Below, in pieces: positions 18,302 through 26,274 of a stretch of DNA of 48,149 nucleotides. The notes beneath the pieces are model-generated. The model did no database searches, was not told the origin of the DNA, and was given only the letters and a program-made list of their open reading frames with translations. Positions within the stretch are counted from its first letter, which is position 1. Every line of letters starts with the position of its first letter. The translations under genes and the position numbers were made by a program. The DNA is from Modestobacter sp. (lineage in GTDB: Bacteria; Actinomycetota; Actinomycetes; Mycobacteriales; Geodermatophilaceae), in the NCBI GenBank assembly GCA_025965775.1, contig JAOPWG010000163.1, positions 1 to 48,149 on the forward strand. Reading direction: 5' to 3'.

Positions 18302-19786
18302 TCAGTCGGGAGCGAAGCCGGGGTCCTCGGCGCCGCCGAGGACCCGGCCGGTGAACACGGTGTCCATCCGCGGCGGCGGAGCAGCCGGCTCGATGCCCTG
18401 GCTCGCGCCCAGCGTCATGACCGGCAGGTCCTCACGGTCGCCCCGGTTCTGCTCGTCGTTCGACGCACGTGCGCCTCCGCACGTGACCGACCCGGTGGGC
18501 GCAGGCGACGTCGGGGGCGGCAACGGGGGCTGCGAGCCCGGCGCGCGCACCGGCACCGGCGAGCTGTTCCCCTCGGAGAACGGCCCTCCCTCGGCACCGA
18601 CCGACACGACCGTGCCGTGGCCGGCACGAGAGTCCTGCGCACTCGGCCCGAGGACGCTCCGCTGCGGGCGGACGGCGAGGAGTCCGGCGTCGGCCCCGTC
18701 CCGGAACTGCGCCACCGACTGCAGCGGGACGTCCACGAGGGGAGAACCGGGCACCGCCGTCGCCGGCACCGCGCACAGGTCGTCGGCGACGGCCGGCGTA
18801 CTCACCGGTCCGGCTCCAGGGATGAGTGGGTCCGGCGCGAGCGGCGCCCCCTCCGACCGGACCGGGGACGGGCAGGCGGTCAGGACTGTGGTACCCCGGC
18901 TCTCCACCGACGCCGTCGTCGCAGCACGCAGGAGGGCGGGACACGGCGTGAGCCCGCCGTCGGCCGCAGCGCCGGGCGCCGAGCCGGCCCCGCAGGCGGG
19001 CGACGTCCCGACGACGGCCGGCGGGTCAGCGGTCGCCACGGTGAGTCCCTCGGCTGCCGTCGCCGCAAGGCCCGCCCGGTACGTGGCGGGCGTGGACGTC
19101 ACCGCGCCGGACGCGGCGGCCGGACCGGAACAGACGGGAGGGACCGCGACCACCGGTGCGGGCGGTACGGCGAGCGGGGGCGGAGGCGCAGGCGCGGTGG
19201 GGGGCTCGGGCGCGGTGGAGGGCTCGGGCGCGGTGGAGGGCTCGTGCGCGGTGGAGGGTTCAGGCGCGCTGGAGGGTTCAGGCGCGCTGGAGGGCTCGGG
19301 CGCGGTGGAGGGCACAGTCGCCGGGTCATGCACCGTCGTCGGGGCCGGGTCCGGGTCGGTCACCGGCAGCGGTCCGGCCGCATCCTCCGGGTCGGTCACC
19401 GACAGCGGTCCGGCTGCATCCCCGGGACCCGGATCGGGCGCCGCCTCGGCCGCTACCGGCGACGCGTCCTGCTGTTCGGGCATGTCCGCGTCGGGTCCGC
19501 TGTCGCCGGTGGTCGGCGATGCCGCCGACTCCGCGTTCAGGGCAGCTGGGGGCTCCGCGGCCCTGGCGGCGCCCGCCACAGCGGCGAAGAGGACCCACAG
19601 GCCGATGAGGAGTGCGGCGGCGAGGACCGCCCGTCGGAGCCCGGCCCGGCGGAGGCGCGGCGTCCCGGTCGTCGGCCGGAGCGGCGCGACGGGCAGCCCC
19701 CGGACGTCGTGAGCAGGCCGGGGCGCGAGCCCCGTCGGCGACCGGTCGTCGCCGGCGAGGACACGAGCCCCCGCGATCCCTGCCAC
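18302..19786 (-). CDS. Secreted Pro/Ala/Thr-rich low-complexity protein ending DPGFAPD
   Basis: SD GAGGGGGAG before GTG 19786; basic plus hydrophobic signal RRAVLAAALLIGLWVLFAAVAGAARA; APEPST repeats. Confidence 0.65.
   Translation of the reverse strand: MAGIAGARVLAGDDRSPTGLAPRPAHDVRGLPVAPLRPTTGTPRLRRAGLRRAVLAAALLIGLWVLFAAVAGAARAAEPPAALNAESAASPTTGDSGPDADMPEQQDASPVAAEAAPDPGPGDAAGPLSVTDPEDAAGPLPVTDPDPAPTTVHDPATVPSTAPEPSSAPEPSSAPEPSTAHEPSTAPEPSTAPEPPTAPAPPPPLAVPPAPVVAVPPVCSGPAAASGAVTSTPATYRAGLAATAAEGLTVATADPPAVVGTSPACGAGSAPGAAADGGLTPCPALLRAATTASVESRGTTVLTACPSPVRSEGAPLAPDPLIPGAGPVSTPAVADDLCAVPATAVPGSPLVDVPLQSVAQFRDGADAGLLAVRPQRSVLGPSAQDSRAGHGTVVSVGAEGGPFSEGNSSPVPVRAPGSQPPLPPPTSPAPTGSVTCGGARASNDEQNRGDREDLPVMTLGASQGIEPAAPPPRMDTVFTGRVLGGAEDPGFAPD
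19191..19313. repeat. 18-bp tandem repeat, about 6.8 copies, encoding (APEPST)n
   Basis: Units GGCGCGGTGGAGGGCTCG and variants, contiguous without spacers. Confidence 0.9.
19350..19421. repeat. 36-bp tandem duplication encoding DAAGPLxVTDPx twice
   Basis: TCCGGGTCGGTCACCG(G/A)CAGCGGTCCGGC(C/T)GCATCC x2. Confidence 0.85.
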
Positions 19787-20360
19787 GACTCCCCCTCACG
19801 GTCCCGCTGTGGTGACCGACGGTGATAGGCCATCACCCAGAGGGGAGCCCCCGGTCCACAGAGGCCGAAGGGTGGGCGTGCCGTGGCTCCGGGTCAACCC
19901 CTCCAGGCCCGACTTCCGACACGAGCGGAGCATCGGCACCGGGAGTGAGCGGGCCTGCTCGGGGCGTCAGCGTCGACAGGCGTCCGCCCTTCTCGCGGGA
20001 GCGGTACGCCGCGGGTCCGGCGGTTCGTCCAGCCCTCCGCCCGCTCGGCTGTCCCGACGCGCAGCGGCGCGTGGAGGGGCCGTCCTGCACGACGGCGGAG
20101 ACGCACTCCCGCTGCCTCAGCTCCGCGACCCATCGCCTCGGTCGATGACAGCCAGCGAAGACGCGTGATGAAACGAACGGCGCAGGGTGCCGACAACCTC
20201 CAGTGCCCCTCAACCGGGGCCGCTGTCGGGAAGTGCGAGGAGTTCTCGCGCGCAGGGAGCAACTCACCGTGGAAGCCGCACAGGGCGATGACGGCCGGTG
20301 CGGCCGGGCGTGTCGAGCTCTCCTGGCACAGCCAGCGAGATGACACAGGAGGACATCGAC

Positions 20361-22229
20361 ATGGGCATGAGCACGAGAGGGCGAGCACCAACGGGTCGAC
20401 GCTGGTTCGGGGGGACCGGGGGCGGGCTGACCCTGCACGTGCGCCGCGCCGCGACGGTCGCGACCGCCGCGGCGCTGGCCGTGGGCCTTGCCGGCCCGGT
20501 GGCGGCGCAGGCGTCGACGGACGCCCCGGCCCGACCGGTCTCGGTGATCGTGCGGGAGCTTCCCGGGGCGGGGAACGCTCCCCAGCGGGCAGTGTCCGCC
20601 CTCGGGGGCACCGTGCAGGAGCCGCTCGGCATCATCGACGGCTTCACCGCCTCGGTGCCGGCCGACCGGCTGGGCGCGCTGCGCTCGGTACCCGGCGTCG
20701 ATTCGGTCACCGAGAACGCCCCCGTCACGTTGCACGACGCGGGGCCCGCGGCCGTCCAGAACCAGACGGGATCGATGTACCGGATCACCCACGAGGTGAC
20801 CGGCGCGACGTCGATGTGGGAACGCGGCATCGTCGGTCAAGGCGTCGACGTCGCCCTGATCGACTCCGGTGTCGTGCCCGTCGACGGACTCCGGACCCGG
20901 GACAAGGTCGTGAACGGCCCGGACCTCTCCTTCGAGGCTCAGGTCTGCGACGCCTCGGGCTGCCGCCCGGGCCCCGCGCAGAATCTGGACTCCTACGGGC
21001 ACGGCACCCACATGGCCGGGATCATCGCCGGCCGCGATGACGCGGCGTCGCCGAAGACCTACCGCGACCCGGACACCTTCATCGGGATGGCCCCTGGCGC
21101 GCGGATCGTCAGCGTGAAGGTGGCCGACGCCAGCGGCGCGACCGACGTGTCGCAGGTGATCGCCGGGATCGACTGGGTGGTGCAGAACCGCAACAAGAAC
21201 GGGCTGAACATCCGGGTGCTCAACCTGTCCTTCGGCACCGACGGCGTGCAGGACTACCAGCTCGACCCGCTCACCTACGCGGCCGAGGTGGCCTGGCACA
21301 GCGGGATCGTCGTGGTGGTCGCCGCGGGCAACGGCGGGTACGGCACACCGAAACTGAACAACCCGGCCTACGACCCCTACCTGATCGCGGTCGGCGGCGC
21401 GGACAGCCAGGGCACCTACGACGTCGCTGACGACGTCGTGCCCTCGTGGTCGAGCACCGGCGACGGCACTCGTAACCCCGACCTGGTGGCGCCGGGCAGT
21501 TCCGTGGTCAGCCTGCGCAGCCCCGGGTCCTACCTGGACTCCACGTACCCGGGCGCCCGGTCCGGTGACCGGTTCTTCCGCGGGAGCGGAACGTCGCAGG
21601 CGACGGCGGTCGTCTCCGGTGCCGCTGCGCTGCTGGTCTCACAGCGTCCGGGCATCACTCCCGACCAGGTGAAGGCGCTGCTCATGGGCACGGCCAAGCG
21701 GCTGCCGGTGGCCGACCCGATCGCCCAGGGCGACGGGATGCTCGACCTCCGGGCGGCCCGGGACGCCGCCACTCCGCGGGCGGCGGTCCAGGCGTGGCCG
21801 CGGGCCACCGGGCACGGTTCCCTCGAGGCCGCTCGTGGCTCGGGCAACCTCGAGTACGACGGCGCGCTGCTCCAGGGCGAGTACGACGTGCGGGGCCAGG
21901 TGTGGGACCCGGCCGTGTGGGCCCCCGCCGCCGCTGCCGGCACCACCTGGACCGGCGGGTCGATGAAGAAGGGCGCCTGGAACGGCGGCGCCTGGAACGG
22001 CTCCGACTGGTTCGTGACCGGCGCCGACAGTCAGGTGACCTGGTCGGGCCGCACCTGGGCCGGCCGCACCTGGGCGAGCCTGACCTGGGCGGGCCGCACG
22101 TGGGCGGGCCGCACCTGGGCCGGGGATTCTTGGACCGGCCGCACCTGGGCCGGCGTCACCTGGACGGGCCGCACGTGGGCCGGACGCACCTGGGCGGGCG
22201 TCGCCTGGTCCGGCGCGGACTGGAACTGA
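20361..22229 (+). CDS. Secreted S8 (subtilisin-like) serine peptidase with C-terminal Trp-pentapeptide repeats
   Basis: Signal peptide, propeptide, triad VALIDSG / YGHGTHMAGII / GSGTSQA, oxyanion AAGN; SD AGGAGG before ATG 20361. Confidence 0.93.
   Translation: MGMSTRGRAPTGRRWFGGTGGGLTLHVRRAATVATAAALAVGLAGPVAAQASTDAPARPVSVIVRELPGAGNAPQRAVSALGGTVQEPLGIIDGFTASVPADRLGALRSVPGVDSVTENAPVTLHDAGPAAVQNQTGSMYRITHEVTGATSMWERGIVGQGVDVALIDSGVVPVDGLRTRDKVVNGPDLSFEAQVCDASGCRPGPAQNLDSYGHGTHMAGIIAGRDDAASPKTYRDPDTFIGMAPGARIVSVKVADASGATDVSQVIAGIDWVVQNRNKNGLNIRVLNLSFGTDGVQDYQLDPLTYAAEVAWHSGIVVVVAAGNGGYGTPKLNNPAYDPYLIAVGGADSQGTYDVADDVVPSWSSTGDGTRNPDLVAPGSSVVSLRSPGSYLDSTYPGARSGDRFFRGSGTSQATAVVSGAAALLVSQRPGITPDQVKALLMGTAKRLPVADPIAQGDGMLDLRAARDAATPRAAVQAWPRATGHGSLEAARGSGNLEYDGALLQGEYDVRGQVWDPAVWAPAAAAGTTWTGGSMKKGAWNGGAWNGSDWFVTGADSQVTWSGRTWAGRTWASLTWAGRTWAGRTWAGDSWTGRTWAGVTWTGRTWAGRTWAGVAWSGADWN
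22041..22226 (+). repeat. 15-bp coding repeat: 13 Trp at exact period 5, consensus WAGRT
   Basis: WSGRT WAGRT WASLT WAGRT WAGRT WAGDS WTGRT WAGVT WTGRT WAGRT WAGVA WSGAD WN-stop. Confidence 0.95.
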
Positions 22230-22233
22230 TCAC

Positions 22234-24891
22234 GTGACGACGACGATGACGGACACCTGCCCCGCGACCCGGCGGGGGTGGTCCTGGCTGACCACGACCC
22301 GGCGCATCGCGCTGCTCGTGGCGGCGATGTCGCTGGCCGCGGTGGCGGTGTTCGTCATCGTCGTCCGTGATGTGCCGGGACTCGACGCACCGATCGGCCT
22401 CCCCTGGTGGGTGTGGGTCGCGGCCTTCGCCGTCGGCGAGGTCCTCGTGGTGCACGTCCAGCTGAAGCGGGACTCGCACGGCTTCTCTCTCACCGACCTG
22501 GTGCTCGTCGCCGGGCTCTACCTCGCCCAACCGGCTGCGGTCGTCCTGACCCAGCTCGTCGGTGCCGGCCTGGTGCTCGTGCTGCACCAGCGCCAGACCG
22601 GCCTCAAGCTCGCGTTCAACCTCGCGCTGTACGGACTCACCGGCTCCCTGGCGGTGGTCGTGTTCACCGCGCTCGCCCGGGACACCGACTGGGACAGCCC
22701 GTGGCGCTGGACGGCCGCCCTGGTCACCGTCGCGGTCACCACGCTCGCCGCGGACCTCTGCCTGTTCGCCACGCTCAGCATCTCGGAGGGCTCGCTGCAC
22801 GTCCGCGAGCTGCCGCACATGCTCGTGCTCTCCCTGCCGTTCGCCGTCGGGGTGGCGGCGATGGGACAGCTCGCCGCCTACCTCGCGCTGCAGAGCCCGG
22901 CTGCGCTGCTGCTGCTCGTCCTGCCGTCCGTGCTCCTGACCGCCGCCTACCGGGCCTACACCCGGGCCCGCGAACAGCAGAAGAACCTGCGGCTGCTGCA
23001 CGAGATCACCTCGCTGCTCTACAACAGCGACAACGCGACGGCCGCCCTGTCCAACTTCCTCACCTCCGTGCGTGGTGCCTTCAAGGCCGAGGTCGCCGAG
23101 CTGGTCCTGCTCAGCGACGGCCAGGCCGCCGCCACTGTCAGCCGCAGCAGCGAGGGCCAGGAGCCGATCGCCCTGCTGCCGCTGGAGGACACCACCGAGC
23201 CCACCCAGGTCGTCCGGTGGGCCACCGCCAACGGTGTGCTGACCAGCCGGACCCGCACCACGCGCGGCTCCGAGCCGGACCACTACGCCGCCCGGCGTGG
23301 CTTCAAGGACGCCATGGTGGGGGTGCTGCGGACCGAGGACCGGGTGCACGGGCTGCTGCTCGTGGGCAGCCGGCTGGGGGACGTGGCCACGTTCACCGAC
23401 AGCGACCTGACGCTGCTGGGGACCTTCGGCCGGCACGTCGCCACGTCCCTGGACCGGGGCCGCCTCCAGAATGACCTGCGGCAGGTCACCGAGCTCAAGG
23501 AGGAGCTGCGCCACCAGGCGATGCACGACGCCCTCACCGGGCTGCCCAACCGGACCCTCTTCCTCGACCGGACGCAGCACGCCGTCCACCTGGCCGGCCG
23601 CAACGGCCTCTGGCCTGCCGTGCTCTACATCGACCTCGACGGGTTCAAGCCCGTGAACGACACGTACGGTCACGAGGCGGGCGACGTGCTGCTACAGGCC
23701 TTCGCGCACCGGCTGCAGGACTGCCTCCGTACCGCGGACACCGCCGCCCGCCTGGGCGGCGACGAGTTCGCCGTGCTGCTGCACGGGCCGATCGACCGGC
23801 CCGGTGTCCAGCACGTGCTCGACCGCATCCGCACCCAACTGGACATGCCCGTCGACCTGGGCGCGGGACGGGTCTCCACCGTCGGCGCCAGCATCGGCGT
23901 GGCTTTCGCGGACGCCGCCACCGACGTCGACACGCTCGTCCGTCACGCCGACGTCGCCATGTACTCGGCCAAGCGTGGTGGCCGCGGCAGCTCCACCTTC
24001 TACGAGGAGGGCCTCGGCGAGGCCACCCCCGACCGGCCGGACCCGGTCGCCGAGCTGGCCGGCGCCCTGGACCGGGGCGAGTTCACCGTCGTCTACCAGC
24101 CCCTGGTGGACCTGCGCACCGGCCGCCCGATCGGGGCCGAGGCGCTGGTCCGCTGGCAGCACCCCACCGAGGGGCACCGCTCGCCGGACACCTTCATCCC
24201 CCTCGCCGAGGAGACCGGCCTCATCTGGGAGCTCGGGGCCTTCGTCCTGCGCGACGCCTGCCGGCAGGCTGCGCGCTGGGTCGGGGCCTCGAGCGATCCG
24301 ATCCCGCTCATGGTCACGGTCAACCTCTCCGCGCGCCAGGTCATCGACCCGCGGATCGTCGACCAGGTCGGTGCGGCCCTGGCCGAGGCAGGGCTCGAGC
24401 CGGGCCGGCTGGTCCTGGAGATCACCGAGACCGTCCTGATGCAGGACCGGGACGCCGCGACCACCACCCTGTGGCGGCTCAAGGCGCTCGGCGTCCGCAT
24501 CGCCATCGACGACTTCGGCACCGGCTACTCGTCGCTGGCCTACCTCTGTCGCTTCCCGCTCGACATGCTGAAGGTCGCCCGCGAGTTCGTCGACGGCCTC
24601 GGTCGGGACGCCACCGCCGACGTCGTCACCCGCGCCGTCGTGGAGATGGCCGGCGCGCTGGGGCTGCTCACGGTCGCCGAGGGGGTCGAGACCACGCACC
24701 AGCACGAGCACGTGGCCGAACTGGGCTGCGACCTCGCTCAGGGCTACCTGTTCTCCCGCCCTGTCGACGCGGAGACGGTCAGGGCCTTCATCGCCGACCA
24801 GGCCCTGCCCGAGCGCAGGCCCCCGGGGCAGAGCACCGTCACGGTCGGCGCCGAGACAGCCGTGCCGGCCGCGGAACTGACCCTGTCCTGA
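22234..24891 (+). CDS. Membrane-sensor diguanylate cyclase/phosphodiesterase (multi-TM + GAF-like + GGDEF + EAL)
   Basis: About 7-8 hydrophobic helices, HDALTGLPNR, RTAD I-site, [33 protein letters not shown]. Confidence 0.93.
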   Translation: MTTTMTDTCPATRRGWSWLTTTRRIALLVAAMSLAAVAVFVIVVRDVPGLDAPIGLPWWVWVAAFAVGEVLVVHVQLKRDSHGFSLTDLVLVAGLYLAQPAAVVLTQLVGAGLVLVLHQRQTGLKLAFNLALYGLTGSLAVVVFTALARDTDWDSPWRWTAALVTVAVTTLAADLCLFATLSISEGSLHVRELPHMLVLSLPFAVGVAAMGQLAAYLALQSPAALLLLVLPSVLLTAAYRAYTRAREQQKNLRLLHEITSLLYNSDNATAALSNFLTSVRGAFKAEVAELVLLSDGQAAATVSRSSEGQEPIALLPLEDTTEPTQVVRWATANGVLTSRTRTTRGSEPDHYAARRGFKDAMVGVLRTEDRVHGLLLVGSRLGDVATFTDSDLTLLGTFGRHVATSLDRGRLQNDLRQVTELKEELRHQAMHDALTGLPNRTLFLDRTQHAVHLAGRNGLWPAVLYIDLDGFKPVNDTYGHEAGDVLLQAFAHRLQDCLRTADTAARLGGDEFAVLLHGPIDRPGVQHVLDRIRTQLDMPVDLGAGRVSTVGASIGVAFADAATDVDTLVRHADVAMYSAKRGGRGSSTFYEEGLGEATPDRPDPVAELAGALDRGEFTVVYQPLVDLRTGRPIGAEALVRWQHPTEGHRSPDTFIPLAEETGLIWELGAFVLRDACRQAARWVGASSDPIPLMVTVNLSARQVIDPRIVDQVGAALAEAGLEPGRLVLEITETVLMQDRDAATTTLWRLKALGVRIAIDDFGTGYSSLAYLCRFPLDMLKVAREFVDGLGRDATADVVTRAVVEMAGALGLLTVAEGVETTHQHEHVAELGCDLAQGYLFSRPVDAETVRAFIADQALPERRPPGQSTVTVGAETAVPAAELTLS

Positions 24892-24930
24892 CAGATGCCG
24901 CCCGGCCTCGTCGGGCGCAGGTTCGTGCTC

Positions 24931-25829
24931 TCAGTCGGTCCTGCGACCGCGGCACTGCGCGAGGTAGGCGGCGAGAAAGGCACGGCCCGCTGCGCCGCGC
25001 AGGGTCTCGTCGCGGCTGACGATGCCGAGTTCCCAGGGTGGCGCCCCGGCGATTCGTCGCGATGTCGATGCCGCTGAACATCTCGACATCGATGCACGCG
25101 CGTGGGCCGTAGGAGATGCCCATCCCCCGCTGCACCCATGGTGAGGACGGCGAGCCAGTCGTTGATCTCGAGCCCGACCCGCCGCTGCAGTCCCTCCTCC
25201 CCCATCAGTCGTCGAACAGTTCAACGGGCCCGCCACCCCCGGGACAGGTCGATGATCGGCTCGTCGATGATTTCCGCGGGTGTCAGGTCCCGAGTGCCCG
25301 CCAGCCGGTGGCCGGCGGGGCAGATGACCCACGAGCGGCGTGCTGACCAGCGGCTCGAAGCGGCAACGCGGAATTCGTGCGATGGGTCCGTGGGGTGATG
25401 GCGAAGTCGACCCGGCCCTCGGCCACCAGGTCGTTCATGTCCCGGGCGCCGACGGGGACCACGTGCACGTCCACGCCCGGATGCTCGTCCCGGAACCGGC
25501 GGATCGTCTCGACCACGTCGATGTTGCGCGGAACGGCCGCGACGGCGACACGGACCGAACCACGCAGCAGTCCCTTGACCCCCGCGACGGCGTCGCGTGC
25601 CCGGTCGGCCTCGGCAAGTGCCGCGCGGGCCGGCTCGAGGAACGCCCGGCCTGCGTCGGTCAGCTCGGCGCCGCGCCGGCCCCGGATGAACAGGTCCGTG
25701 CCCAACTCTCGTTCGAGCGCCAGTAGTGACGCCGACAGGCTCGACTGCACCATGAACACCCGGGTCGCGGCGGGTGAACGAGCCCTCCTCGTCGACGGCC
25801 AGGAAGTGCTCGATCTGCCTCGGTTCCAC
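24931..25829 (-). pseudogene. LysR family regulator broken by about 7 indels (pseudogene or assembly error)
   Basis: Pieces across frames: MEPRQIEHFLAVDEEGSFTR / ATRVFMVQSSLS...LFIRGRRGAELTDAG / RFEPLVSTPLV / VICPAGHRL / QRRVGLEINDW / QRGMGIS / AGAPPWELGIV...RRTD-stop. Confidence 0.85.
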
Positions 25830-25886
25830 TGACTGGAGATCCCGTCAGCCGGGCCCGTCGGACAAAGAACCCTTTCTCGCCGGGTG

Positions 25887-25905
25887 CCATCGATCAATTC
25901 GATGG
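25887..25905. promoter_or_regulatory. LysR-type T-N11-A recognition site
   Basis: CCATCGA-TCAAT-TCGATGG dyad about 60 bp upstream of the LysR start. Confidence 0.65.
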
Positions 25906-26274
25906 GTGAGCCCGGTCCGGCGGCGGGTCGGGCGTTTCTCCGGGCGAGGGCCGCCATTCCGTACCGGCGACATCACGCGTCACCGAGAAAGAAGACCAGC
26001 ACGACGGAGGTGGGCACACCCATGGGCTGCGACGACCTCGACCCACGTTGTCGCAGGGCCCGGAATGGCGTACAGAATGCATCCCGATCCACTCCCGTCA
26101 GGTCGGCCGGATCTCGTGACGCATGGCCTTGTAGTCATCGATGCTTCAGTTGTTCAGGCGGGAGTGCAGGCGGCGGGTGGTGCACCGCGACCGCCCTGAG
26201 AGGTCAGCCCCCGGTCGACCGGGCCGACGCACACGGCGAACGGCGTGCACACCGCCATGACTGCCGTTGCAGTA

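Noticed and set aside
19191-19313. Short repeats as a CRISPR array
   Set aside because: Units are contiguous with no spacers, are multiples of 3 within a CDS, and no cas genes are present
18219-19712. 497-aa plus-strand ORF
   Set aside because: Antisense shadow; the minus-strand ORF has the SD and signal peptide
19787-20360. c-di-GMP or c-di-AMP riboswitch upstream of the protease
   Set aside because: Hallmark motifs (GGCAAAC...GACGCAAAGC; GCTGAATCC) were not found by eye; a covariance-model scan is needed to exclude variants
22041-22229. Trp repeats as cores of a modified RiPP
   Set aside because: No radical SAM, P450, YcaO or lanthipeptide enzyme nearby; only unmodified peptide release remains plausible
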